Source of the DNA: Scenedesmus sp. PABB004
Lineage: Eukaryota
Length of the DNA: 64,000 bases
Reading direction: 5' to 3'
NCBI GenBank assembly: GCA_014905635.1
Contig: JABVCE010000017.1
Span: 62,001-126,000 of the forward strand
Part shown: one piece after another, positions 22,779-34,928 of the stretch
Position numbering within the stretch: position 1 is the first letter of the stretch
Layout: each line of letters starts with the position of its first letter
Notes under the pieces: model-generated
The model's database searches: none
The model's input: the letters and a program-made list of their open reading frames with translations, nothing else
Told to the model about the DNA's origin: nothing
Program-made: the position numbers and the translations under genes

Positions 22779-25700
22779 TGCTGGCAGGGTCTCCAGGCAG
22801 CTACACGCGGCGGCGACTGCCGCTGCAGGCCGACGACGACGAGGTGGCGGCCGCCGCGGCCGCTGCGCAGCTGACGCAGCGCGTGGTGGTGCAGGCGTCT
22901 GACATCTTTGAGGTTTGGCGCGGCGCGCCGGCTCGGGCGGCGCCGGCGTCGCAGCCGCTGCCGCCGCCGCCTGGGGCCGCCGCCTGAGGCCGCCGCCGCG
23001 CCCGCCCGGCGCGCCGCCGGCCAGGCGCTGCCGTCGCCGCCGCCGGCGTTCATCGAGGACCTGGACGCCCTCCTGGAGGGGCTGTACGATGATGCCATCG
23101 CAGCGCGCGCGGCGGCGGCGGGCGGCATCGCCGCGCTGTTCCGCGACGCGCGCAACCACGAGGCGTGCGCGGCGCGCGGGCGTGGCGCGGCAAGCTGGCG
23201 CGGTCGCGGGCGCGGGCCGAGGCGCCCCCGCCGCCGTGCCAGGTGCTGCTGGCGCGCGACAGCCTGCTGCCGACGCTCGCGCGGCTGCTGCGGGACGACG
23301 GGCTGCGCAGCCTGGACCTCGCGACCGCGCTGGCGGGCTGCTTCTTCGCCGCGTCCACCCACCGCCGCCTGCACCGCCAGCTGCTGGACAGCCAGGCGCG
23401 GGGCGGGCGGGCGCAGCGCACGCGGCGCGGGGCGCGTGGCGCGCGCGCAGGCGAGCAGTGCCAACCGAGCGCGCACGCAGGTGGGCACGCTGCTGATGGA
23501 CCTCGCGTCGCTGGAGCTGCTGCAGCGCGCGCCCGCGCGCGAGGCAGCCGAGGGCCCCGGCAGCACGCCTGGCGTGCTCGCGGCGCGCGCGGCCGCAGCG
23601 GCGGCAGCAGCGGCGCCGCCGCTGGGCGAGCGGTGCGCCGCCGCCGCCGCCGCCCCGCCGCCGCCGCCGCCTGGGGTGGCGAGTGACGGGCGCCGCCGAC
23701 CGCGGCGCAGGGAGCGGCGGCTGGCGGGCCTGGTGTGCCGGCAGGACCGCTTCCTGCACCTCGCCGTGGCCACGCTGGCCAACCTGGCCGAGGACCCCGC
23801 GGTCGCCCGCAAGATGCACAAGCGGGTGCGTGCGCCGCGGCCTGCCCCGGCCTGCCCCGGCGGCGGCGGCAGCGGCCGTCCGCCCCGTTTGACGCGCCCG
23901 CCGGCCGGCGGCTCGCAGGACGTCGTCGCGCTGCTCGCCGCGCTGCTGGGCCGGCCGCACGTGGAGCTGCTGTGCCTTGGCGTCACCTTCATGCGGCGGC
24001 TCTGCATCTATTCGGTGTGTGTCCGCCCCGAACGCAGGCTCTGGGCCTGCGGCGGCTGCACGCGCGCACCACGCGCCGCGCCTCCCCGTGCGCCGCGGCC
24101 CGCCCAGCGCGGCGCGGCCCCCACGCGTGCAGGAGGCCAAGGACCGCCTGGCATCGCTGCCGGGCGTGGTGCCCGCCCTCCTCGGCCTGCTCTCGCCGGG
24201 CTGCGGCGCGGAGCTCGCCGGCGGCGCGGCGCGGCTGCTGCACAACCTGTCGTTTGACGAGGCGCTGCGCTGCCAGATGGTCGCGGGCGGGCTGGTGCCG
24301 CTGGTGCGGCCCGTCCGGCGAGCGGGCGGGCAGCACGCCCGCGCCGCTCGCCTCGCCCTGAGCCGTCCGCGCCGCCGCGGCGCGCGCAGGCCGTGCCGCT
24401 GCTGGACAGCCCACACACCGCCCCCCTCGCGGCTGCGCTGCTCTACCAGGCGCGCTGCCGCGCAGCGCGCGTGCCTCGCGTCGCGCTCGCCGCCCGTCAG
24501 CCGCGCCGCCGCCGCGGCGCCGGCTGTAGCGCTGGCCGCCACGCCGCGCCGCGCTGGCCTCCCCGCCCTCCCTGCCCGCGCAGGCGTCGATCGACGACGG
24601 CGCCAAGGCTGCGTTTGTGTTCTGCCCCTCCGCGCTGCCGCGGCTCTACGGCAGCCTGCTGCGCGCGATGGGCGGCAGCCAAGCAGGCGGTGCGGGCGCG
24701 CTGCGTCCGGGGGGCTTGGCGGCTGGGGCCCCAGTGCAGGGCAGCTTGTGGGTGATGGCCGCGGCGGTCAGCTGCCCCGCCCGGCGCGCGCGCAGGCCCA
24801 GGCTCCGGCGGCGGCGGCGGCGGCGACGCGGCGTTCGCGGGCTTTGCCGGCGCGCTCAGCGGCGGCGGCGGGGGCGGCTGCGACCTGCGCAGCGTGCCTG
24901 AGCTCATTGCCCTGGCGGTCAACCTGGGGCACAGCCAGCGCACGGCAGAGGCGCGCGGAAGTGGCGCGCGCGCAGCGCGGCGCGCGGGCGGCCGGCCGGG
25001 CGGCCCGCAGACGCGCGGCGCGCTGGCGCTGCCGCCGCCCCGCGCCGCAGTGGTTCTGTGCCGGTGAGCGCCTGGAGCGGCTGCTGCGCCGCTGCCTCGC
25101 GTCGGGCGACGAGCTGGGCTGGAAGCTGGTGCGCAACCTGGTGGCGGCGGGCGGCGAGGACGCCGCCGCGCGCGTGCTGGGGCAGGCGGGCGACATGATG
25201 GCGCTGCTGCAGGCGCGTGCGGCGCGGGGAGGGCAGGCAACGGCGGTGCGGCTGCCGCCGTGGCGGCGGTGGTGCTGCGTGAGCAACGGACCGCCGCTGC
25301 AGGACCCTGCCGTCGGGCCGGAGCTGTTCCTGGAGGTGCTGGGCGTGCTGGCAGCCGCCTGCGACGCGCTCAGCAACGCGCCGGCGCGTGGCGGCGACGG
25401 TGGCGAGGGCGGAGGCAGCGCGCTGGGACGGCTGCTGGACCCGGAGCCCGTGACAGCGCTGCTGCAGGGCTGCCTCCGGCCAGGTGGGACGCAGCGCGGC
25501 GCAGCGCAATGCAACGCAGCGCAGCGCGGCGCGGCGCGGCGCGGCTGGCCGTTGACCGGGCGGGTGCCGGGTCAGGCCTGAACCGTCAGCCTGACTCGAC
25601 CCACACCCCCCTGGCCATGCAGGCGCGCTGGAGGACGACGCGCTGCTGGAGGCGGTGGTGCTGCTGGGGGCGCTCGCGGGAACGCCCGAGTTTGACGGAG

Positions 25701-27074
25701 CCCTCGCCGCGAGCGGCCTGGTGCGCGGCGCGGCGGGGCGCGGCCGGGCCGCCGGCTGCTGCCACGCGCGGCGCTCTGCTTTTCGCACGCCAACGCGCAC
25801 CGCAACGCTCGTGCGCGCCGCCGCGGCTGCTGCCGCCGCTGCAGCTCGCGGCGCTGGTGGGGCTGGTCGCTGACAAGCGGGCGGACAATGAGTTTGTGCT
25901 GCAGGTGCGTGGCGATGCAGGGCCGGGGCAGGCAGAGCTCAGGGCAGGGCTGGGGGCTCCCCCCTCTGCGCACGGCCGCGTGGCCTCGTCGCCCGCGCGG
26001 CAGCTGCCTCGCGCGCTGCTGGCGGCGCTCACTGCCGGCGCCGCGCACTGCAGGCGTGCTGGGCGTTTGGGCGCTGCCTCATGCAGCCCGCAGCGGCGCA
26101 GGCGCTGCTGGCCCACCCGCAGGTCCGTGCGCGCGAGCCAAGGGAGGGGGGGGGGCTGTTTGCGTGCGGGACGCGCCGGCGGGCGGCGCGGGACCCCGGC
26201 GGCGCTTTTTTGGCGCTCGCGCGGCCGCGGCGCTCAGGGACCTGCCCCTGCGTGCCGGGTGTTCCGGCGCAGGTGGTGCCGTACCTTATTGACCTGCTGC
26301 AGGACAGCTGCCCGCCCGTGCGCCGCCTCGTGGGCGCGTGCCTCGACGCAGCGATGGACGCCAGCGAGGCGCTCGCGGGTGCGCGGCGGGCGGGGCAGGG
26401 CGCCGCCCGCCGCTGCGGCGCCGCAGCCGCCGCCGGGGCGCCGCGCGCGTGGCGGGGCGGGGGCGGGGACGCCCGGTCGCCCGCTGGGCGGCAGGCCAGC
26501 CAGGGCGGCGTGCTGTGCTGCGCCGCGCGCAGGCACCATTCGGAGCCTGAAGTTTGAGGCGCACAACCAGGACTGGCTGGCGCTGGCGGGGCCGCAGGCC
26601 TCGGCTCTCATGGCTGCAGCTGCAGCCGCAGCCGCGGCGGCCGGGCACGCGTGCGACGCGACGGCGCCGGCAGCGGGACTGGGCAGGTGCGCTTGCGCTC
26701 CGTGCGTGCCGCGCGCGGCAAGGCCCCAGAGCGGCTGCCCGACCAGTGCTGCGGCCTCTGCGCGCACGCGCAGGGCGCCTGGAGGCGAGGGGTTGCAGCG
26801 CGGAGCCGCGCCTGGCAGCCTGGCGGCCGGCGTGACAGGCGCGGCGCAGAGGATGTGGGGCGGCGCCGGCGACGGCACGGAGGACGCTGCTGGCATGCAG
26901 TGGCTTCCGAGCGGCGCGGGCGGCGGCGACGACGGCGGCAGCCTGGGCGGCGACGCCTGGGGGCGCGGCGTCGCCGGCGAGGGCTCAGGGCTGCTGGGCC
27001 CAGGGGGTGGCCTGCAGCTGCAGGCGGGCGGCCAGCGCGTGGTGTTGGGCTGGGAGGGGATGCTGGAGGCGTGA
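21784..27074 (+). CDS. KAP3: Kinesin-associated protein 3 (kinesin-II accessory subunit, FLA3/KIFAP3 homologue), multi-exon
   Basis: KKK|VRPGAIELHPDEVALVVHYE, K|VTVKSLSERTDLEALAAEVVDRCKLIHPSK, DLDALLEGLYDD, LARLLRDD, LANLAED....RKMHKR, TFMRRLCIY, RLLHNLSFD..LR..MV..GLVP, DNEFVLQ, YLIDLLQD, IRSLKFEAHNQDWL. Confidence 0.88.
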
Positions 27075-28361
27075 ACCCACCGCAGCGGCCGGCCGCGCAC
27101 CACCGCAGCGTTCGCCCGACCCCGCCCCTGGCGGTGCCACGACCGCCCGCCGCCGCAGCGCCCAGGGGCTTCCGACACGCCTCGTCGCTGCGGGGGCAAC
27201 CGCCGCGCCCGCCGCCGCGCGCCGCGCCGCCCCGCGATACGCGCGCGTATCGCGGCGTCGCGCGACGCCGCGTTCACACTGACGGCGCGTGAGGCCCTGT
27301 GCGGTGCGGCCGCGGTCCCGCGTTCAGGCGCGCTCCACGTGCACACCAGGCTCTGAAACACAGCACGCCGCCCTCCGAAAGCACCCCGCGCTCCGCCAGC
27401 CCGCACGGGAGGCCGCCCAATCGCCCGCCCGCCCGCTCTCCGCGCCCCCGACTCGCCGCAGCACGCAGCACGCCGCACGGCTGTTGTACAGGCCCCGTCA
27501 GACCGTCGGGTGGGCACGCCGCACCGCGCGCGAGGTCAGCGGCGCGCGTGGGAGCTCGCGGGATGGCCCGCGCTGCGGGCCGCCCTGGCCGCGCGGAGCG
27601 GCACCCCGAGCTACCGGCCGCGCTGCTCCCGGCATCCGCAGATCACTGCCATCACTGCCATGGCCCAGGCGTCGCGCCAGGCCGCCCGCCGCGGCGGCAC
27701 CCGCTGGCTGCTGCTGCTCGCGCTGGTCGCCGTCGCGCTGCGCGGCGCGGGCGCGCTCAACCTGAAGGCAGTCTGCCCTGACCAGTCTGATCGTTACTGT
27801 TATGGCAAAGACGCCTGGTTTCATACGTATTATCTCTGGACAGTTTACTACGACAACTGCGACCCAACCGAGTACGACTTTGCAGGTGCGCCGCGTCTGG
27901 CCGCGCCCCGAGCCCGGCGCCGCAGTGACGCCCGCACCACACACAACCGCTCTCGCAGGCGACGGCTCGTCGATTGCTGACTGCTACATTCGAGGGCGGC
28001 ACTCCAACATGATCAGCGCGTGTGAGCGCTGGCGCGCAGACATCTGACGGGGCGGCGAGCCGCGGCCTGCTGGGCCGTCAGCCGGCCGCCGGTCCGCCAC
28101 TCACGTGCCGTCCGCCCGCCTGCCCGCCCGCCTGACGCGTGTGGTCTGCCGCCAGACTGCAACATTCTAGGTGAGTTCGCAGCACTGAGCCGCCCCGCGG
28201 CATGGCCGCTGCCCTGCGCGTGCCCTCTCACTGCCGGCCTCGCCGCCCTGCCCTCACCCAAGGCGCCAACTGCAACCCGTGAGCTGCTGTGGGGCTGCGC
28301 TCAGCAGCCGCGCCGGCCGGTTGGCCACAGCCTGGCGCGCACGTGCCGGGTTTGGGCGCGA

Positions 28362-28423
<62 letters not shown>

Positions 28424-29838
28424 CGCTGCCGCCGCCGTGCGCTGCGTGTGCAGGTGCGGCAGCTGCGGCCGCTCTTACACGGGTTATAGCACCGCCCTCA
28501 ACAAGATTGTGACAGGCCCAGGGGTGAGCTGCCACCACGACGCAGTCCAGGCCGCGACGGCCAGCGAGCCCGCCACCAAGCCGGGCGGCAGCGCGCGCGC
28601 CCGAGACGCCCGCGTCCCGCCCTGCCGCAGGGGAAGCCCTCATGCGTGAACAACGTTGACCCCGGCTGCAACTTGCGAGCGGCGCGCTGGGCGCTGGGCC
28701 GCCGGCAAGGGGAGAGGCAGCCCTGGGCCTTCGCTGCGGCGCACGCAGCTGCCTCACACCGCCTGCCCGCTGCACGCACACAGGGCCGCGGGCGCCTGTG
28801 ACACCTCTTGCACCAACGCGTGAGTGCGGCTGGCAGAACGCACAGGGCTCGCAGAGCGCGCGGCAGCCTCACTGCTTCACGCGCGCAGCGCTCAGCCGTG
28901 CCATTGCCGCCGCCGCCGCCGCCCGCGTGCCGCGGCGCCCACGCCCACCGCAGGTACACCGCCGGCGGCTGCGCGCCGTGTGGCGCCACCGCTCGGCGCT
29001 CGTCCGACGCGGTGGCGCCCGATGCCACACCCTCATCTGCCGTCCCTGCCCACCACCCGTACCACCCTCGTGACCCGCACCACCCTCCTGCTCCCTCGCC
29101 GTCGCCCGCGCCGGGGCCCAGCCCGGGCTGCGGTGACATGGATGAAGTGCTTGGCGTTTCGGTGGGCGAGCTGGCCAAGGTCCTGAGCCAGGTCTTCTGT
29201 GACGGCGGCTTTGAGGGAGACCGCACCGATGGCGGCGGCGGTTTTGTTGGCTTCACGTTTGCGGGCGCGGTGCTGGACCAGCTGGACTTCAACGGTGAGC
29301 TCTGGCTGCGGCAGCCACGCGGGCCCCAAGCGCTGGTGCAGCAGCAGCAGCTGCAGCGCAGCGACGCGTGCAACGCTGCGCGGCTCACGTCGGCCTCTCC
29401 GCCGCCGCCGCTGTCGCTTAGATGATGGCGTGCACAGCTGTGAGGAGTACAAGAAAGCCTACCCGGAGCACATGCACCGCCCGGGGCTGCGCCTGCCGCG
29501 GCCGCGCTGCAAGCTGAGTGAGCGCGGCAAGGAGATGCTGGTGCACATCAACACTGGCAAGCGCCCCGCTCGTCGGTAGCCTGCGGCGCTGCTGCGGCGG
29601 GGGGGGGGGGGTGCTCGCCACGCAGCCGTGCTGTGCACGGGCCGGTGGCATGGGTCTCGGCGGGCGCGCACGGCAGCTGACCCTGCAGGAGCTGCGTCAG
29701 TTCCCCCGACACTGATTTGGTTTGCTGCCGGTTTTGGACTTGCTGGTGGTCGGTGGTTTGGTGCGGACTGTGGCTGATTTGCACTGGGTGGCCACGCAGC
29801 CAGCCCGTGGGCACGGCGCCGCGGGCGGCGGGGGCTGC
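26953..29838 (+). repeat. Inverted duplication 2, right arm
   Basis: Reverse complement of ~16600-19563. Begins inside the last KAP3 exon. Confidence 0.92.
27660..29579 (+). CDS. Secreted cysteine-rich protein with Pro/His linker and EF-hand-like loop, copy B (unknown function)
   Basis: Signal peptide (RWLLLLALVAVALRGAGA) and nine exons that join in phase, including micro-exons 28156-28170 and 28263-28278. Product reads ...NMISAYCNILGANCNPCGSCGRSY...SCVNNVDPGCNLAAGACDTSCTNAYTAGGCAPCG...LDQLDFNDDGVHSCEEY... Confidence 0.72.
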
Positions 29839-30086
29839 TGTCGGCCGCGAAGGCGCCGCGGGGCGGCAGGAGCACTGTGAACGCATGCCGGTGGCGAGGA
29901 CGCCGCCGTGAACGGTGGGCTGGGTGGGGCTGTGACGTTTCACACACCACCAAGCGCTCCGCGAGCCAACACGCGACGGCGGCGCGTAGTTCCGTCGGCC
30001 GCCGCGCACGCACACTCGGCGTCCCTCGCCAGCAGCCCTGCGCCGCGCTCTCCCCGCGCCCGGCGTCGCAGCAGCCGGCGGCCAGC

Positions 30087-31309
30087 CTAGTCCTGCTTGG
30101 TGGTCGCGTGCGGCCGCGCCGCCGCCGCCGCCATCAGGTTTTCGAGCTTGCTCGTGGCCTGCGCGTTGAGCTCGGCGCGCAGCCGCGCGAGTGCCGCGCG
30201 CCGCGCCGCGAGGCCCGGCGCGGCGTCAGGCGCGGACAGGCGCGCCATCGCAGCGAGCTCCGCCCACGCGCCGGGCGGCCGCTGCGCGGCGGGCGCCGCC
30301 TCCTCGTCCTGCGGCGGCGCGCGCGCACGGGGGCAGCGCCGGCGCGTCGGGCGCGCGCGCTGCGTCCCGCCGGCGCCGGCACCACGAACAAACAAACCAC
30401 GCGCCGCGCGCGCCGCGCCGTGCGCCGTGCGCCGTGCGCCGTGCGCGTGCGCCGTGCGCCGCACGCGCCGCGCACCAGCAGGACCACGTGCTCCTCGCCG
30501 AACGCGGCGTAGACCTGCAGGAAGCGGCGCGGCACGAGCAGCGGCGCACCCGCCGCCACGCTCGCGAGCACGCTGGAGCTGATCTTGGTGTCCAGGTAGC
30601 CGCCGCTCGCGTTGAACAGGGGCAGCAGCGCCACGCTCCTGCGCGGGGCCAAGGGGGCGGCCAGGCGGGCAGGTGCGCGGCGGCGGGCGGGCCGGGTCGA
30701 CGGGCGCGCCCCGCCGGCGCACGCGCCCGCGGCCCCAACCACACCCACCCACCCACTCACGCCCTCCCTATTTCAAAAGCCCCGCCCGCACCTGCAGAGT
30801 GTGTCGTAGTACTCCCGATAGGGCAGGCCCCGGTACAGGGCCACCCAGGGGCGCAGCTCGGGCGGCAGGCCCAGCGCGGCGGGGCGGCCCGAGCCGAGCA
30901 GGTTGATGCGCGGCAGCTGCGCCCCGCCCGCGGCGACGCTGCTGCGGGCGCCGCCTCTGCGCCGGTGCGCAGCGCGCGCGGCGCGGCGCCGCCCCAGCCG
31001 GCGCGCGCGGCGTGCAGCCAGGCCAGGCTGCTGCTGCTCGCGCTGCCGGCGCTGGCGCTGCTGCTCGCGTTGGCGGCAAGAAGCCCAGCAGCAGCGCTGC
31101 TGCTGCCTGGCGGCACGGCGCGCCGCAGCGCGCGCCGGTGCTGCGCGCGCGCGCGCCGCCGCGCCGCGCCGCCGAGGCCCAGCCGCAGGCCGCCGCCGTC
31201 CGCCTCCCAGCCGGCCGCGCCCCTCGCCGCCGCCGCTGCCTGCTGCTGCCGCCGCTGCTGCGGCTCACGCCACGGCCCGCCGCCGCGCTCCCGCAGGCGC
31301 CGCGCCGGT

Positions 31310-31345
<36 letters not shown>

Positions 31346-34215
31346 AGCGCGCCGCGCATCGCTGCCCACAGCGAGTCGTAGTTGCGCCGCGACGCCTCAA
31401 ACCTGCGTGCGGCGGCGGCGGCGGCGGGCGCACATCACGCCTCGGCCGCGCGCGCGCGCGCCGACGCCGCGCCGCGCGCCGCGCGCCCTGCGGCGCACGC
31501 ACTTGCCCTGCACCGCGAAGCCCTCCCAGCAGTCGTTGGCGCAGGGCGCCGGCGCGGTGGGCATGAGCCAGGCGACGCTGTGCATCGCCATGCGCGCGCG
31601 CACGCGCTCCGCAACGTGCGCGCTCAGCGCCGCGACGCCGACCAGGGGGTGCATGTTAATGATGTACTGCAGACGGCTGCGGCGCGGCGCGGCGGCGGCG
31701 GTGGGGCGACGGCGGGGACGCGGCGGTGGCGGGGTTCAGGGTTTGAGCGGCGGGGACGCGGCGGCGCTCAGCAGGTGGCGGCGCCCGTGCGCGCCGCGCC
31801 GGCGCCTCTCCCCTCCGTCCTCCTCCCTCCTCCGCCCACCCACACCCACACAAGCACACCCACACCCACACAAGCACACCCACACCCACACAAGCACACC
31901 CACACAGCCCAGACCCACCCACACCCACAGCCCACGCGCCTGAGCTCCATCTCTGGCTCGTGGATGAGCACGACCACCATGCGGGGCGTCGCGCGGCGGA
32001 TGAAGTCGCGGTAGTAGTCGATGCTGAACTCGGGGCTCACAAACACTGGTGTTATGTTATTTTGTCATACGACAATGTGACAGTGTTTGAATGATGTCAT
32101 GTGACACACGTGACGGGTGCGTTGGCGAGGGCGGCGGCGGGCGGCAGCGTGAGCGTGGCGGGGGGAGAGAGGGGGGGAGGGGGGGGGGGGGGGGGGGGCG
32201 GACGGGGCCGGGCCCCGCAGCGCGGCGCGGCGCGGCGCGGCGCGGCGCGCGGGCGAGGTGGAGGGCTCACGCGCGACGTCGGTCTGGGCGATGGCTGGCT
32301 TGTAGTACGCGTCGCGCAGCGCCGCGCCTGACGGGCGGGCGGGCGAGCTCGTGTGGGCGGCGGGGGCGCGCGCAAGGCAGGACGCGGGGCAGCTTGCGGC
32401 GGGCGGGCGGCGTGTGCGGCGCGCACCGGGGAGGGTGTCACGGATGTACTGCAGCAGCCCGAAGCCCGCGCCGCCGCCGCCCGGCTTGAACAGCGAGTCA
32501 TGCAGATACACCTGCACGTGTGTGGCCGCGGCGGCGGGCGCAGGCGCATGGGCGGCACGCGGCGGACGCACGTGCGCGGCGCGCGGGGGGCGCGCGTGCG
32601 CGGGCGCGCGGCGGGCGCGCGCGTGCGCGGCACGCACCGTGAGCCGCTCGCTGTGCCGCTGCAGCGCCGCGAGGAGGCCCAGCGTCACCTGCGGCGGCGG
32701 TGGCGGCGGGCCGGTGTGCCGGGGCGCGCGGCGCGGTGTGCACGCGCCCGCCCAGGCGAGCCCGCCCGCCTGGGCCCCCCCTGGTGCCGAGCCCCCCTGC
32801 CCGCCCCCGGCCCCAGGTCGCACCTCGTGGTGAAACTCCACGTCATTCACGAGAGCGATGCGCAGCCCCGCGACGACCTCAGACGGCGGGGCCACGCCCG
32901 CCCGCGCGCCAGCCGCCGGCGGCGCGGCCGTCGCCGGCGCGGCGGCGGCGGCGGCCGCCGCGGGGCCACGTGCGGGCCGTCGTACGCGCCCGCGCCGCTG
33001 GCAGCGGCAGCGGCGGCGGCGCGGGCGCGGTCGGCACGGGCGCCGCGGGGCCGCCCCCGGCTGCGGGCGCCGGCCCCGCCGCCTCAGCCGCTGCACCTGC
33101 TGCGGGCGCCGGCCCCGCCGCCGCGCCCGCCGCGCCCGCGGCGCCGGCGGCGCCGGGCTCGGGCACGGGCGGCACGCGCGCCGCCTGCTCGCCGTCCGCC
33201 GCCGCCGCGGGGTCGTAATACGCCTCCCACCCCTCCTCGGCCGCCGCGGCCGCGCCCGCCGCGGGGACGGGCGCGGCGCCGCCGGCGCCCTCCTGCTTGC
33301 TGCCGGACGGCCGCGCCGCGGCGGCGTCGAGCGCGGCGTCGTCGTCCCCCGGCGGCGCGGCGTCGGCGTCGTAATACCCGGCGTCCCCCAGCGCAAAGCC
33401 GTCCACGTCCCTCGCGGAGCGGCGGCGCCCGCCTGCTGCTGCCGCAGGCGCCGCCGCGCGCGCCGGCCCGCCGCCGCCGCGTCGCGCGCGGCCTCCGCGT
33501 CGGCCTCCGCCCACGGCAGCGCGCGCTCGGGCGGGATGCAGCGCCCGGGCGCCGTCGCCGCCGCCGCAGCGGGCTGCGCCGCCGCCGCCGCCGCGGGCGC
33601 CGCCGCCGGGGCGTCGCCCTCGTGCTTTGCTGCCGTGACGGCGGCCTTGGCGGCGGCGTAGTTGCGGGGCAGCGGCTCAAAGCGCTGCCAGTCAATGGCG
33701 TCAAAGTCGACCACCTCCACCTCCCAGCTGTGCTTTGCCGCGGCGCCGCTGGCGCCGGGCCGGCTGCGGCGGCGTCGCGCAGCCACAACGCGACGCCGCC
33801 GGCGGCGCCGGCGCCGCCCCCGAGCAGGCTGGACCGGCGCAGCCACGCCAGCGGCGCCGAGAGCAGCAGCAGCACCAGCAGCAGCGCGCACACGCACGCC
33901 GCCTGGCGCCGCCCGAGCGGGCCGAGCCAGCTCGCGGGGTGGCCCTTGAGGCCACGGGCGCCGCCGCCCAGCAGGCCGCCGCACCAGCCCCCTGCGGCGC
34001 CGGCGGCGCCCTTCGGCCCCGCCCCCCCCGCGCACCGGGCTGGCGAGGCTGACCGCGACGCTCGCGCCCGCCGCGCTCACGGCGGCGCCGCCGCGCACGG
34101 GGCTCGCGCCGCCCGCGGTCGCCCGGCTCGCCGCCGCCTGCTGGCGGTGCGTGGCCGTCTTGGGCGCAGCCGCGCCGCCGTGGCTCACGGCCGCGTCGTC
34201 CCGCGCGCCGCTCAT
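30087..34215 (-). CDS. Putative membrane-anchored glycosyltransferase (GT-B-like), multi-exon; start uncertain
   Basis: TM-like CALLLVLLLLSAPLAWL and a low-complexity stem, then IALVNDVEFHHE|V, VFVSPE, VVVLIHEP, GFAVQG|.FEASRRNY, INLLGSG, LPYREYYDTL, LLPLFNASGGYLDTKISSSV, GAPLLVP. The N-terminal part needs a frameshift or extra intron. Confidence 0.55.
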
Positions 34216-34557
34216 CGGCGGCCGGGACGGGGGTCACACACACAGCCGGGCCGGCCGGGTCAGCGCCGCCGCCGAGCCATGGCGTCGGCGCCGGCACGGC
34301 CCGTGCGCGCCGGCTGCTGCCGCCGCCGCTGCTGCCCTCCTGCGAGCGCGCGGGACGGGCGGCGCGGTCGGCGCGGCCGGCGCGGCGCGGCCCCAGGCCT
34401 GCCCGCGTCGCCGCAGCGCGCCGGGCGGGGCCGCCACGGCAGGGCGGGGCCGGGCCGGCGCGGCGGCGGTTGGGCCGCCGCCGCTGCTGCTGCGCGGCCG
34501 CGCCGCCAGCAGGGGGCACCTGGGGACCGAGGCCGCCTGACCCCGCGTCAGGCGCGG

Positions 34558-34928
34558 GGACGCTGGGGCTGCAGCGGGCGGCAGACGGGCGCGGGGGATC
34601 GCCTGGGCGCGGGCAGCAGCTGCCTGGCCTTGATGCCGGGCCTGTGCGGCGCGGTGCTGCTCGGTCGATGCCCAGGGCGCGGTCAGGGCGTGCTGAGTCG
34701 CGTGCGGAGCGTGTTTTGCGGGCCGGGAGCATCGCGGGCCGCGCCTGCGCGTGACAGCAGCAGCAAAACCGCTTCTGACAGGCGCCTGCTCGCTGCCCCG
34801 CGAGCCACGCCCCCCAGGCGCCGCAATCCGCCGTCCAGCCGGTCACGCGGCACGCTCTGGGCAGCGCCCGGGGCCCCCGCGGCAAGCGGCGAGTAGTAAA
34901 CGGCGCCAGCAGCGCCGCGGGGCTGAGC
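34558..34928 (+). repeat. Direct repeat copy 1 (~370 bp)
   Basis: GGACGCTGGGGCTGCAGCGGGC...GGCAAGCGGCGAG is near-identical to 39154-39539. Confidence 0.9.

Noticed and set aside
32041..32115. AT-rich intronic patch with AAACACTG/CAGTGTTT inverted ends, possible snoRNA
   Set aside because: No canonical C/D or H/ACA boxes on the transcribed strand, and one arm overlaps the splice acceptor.
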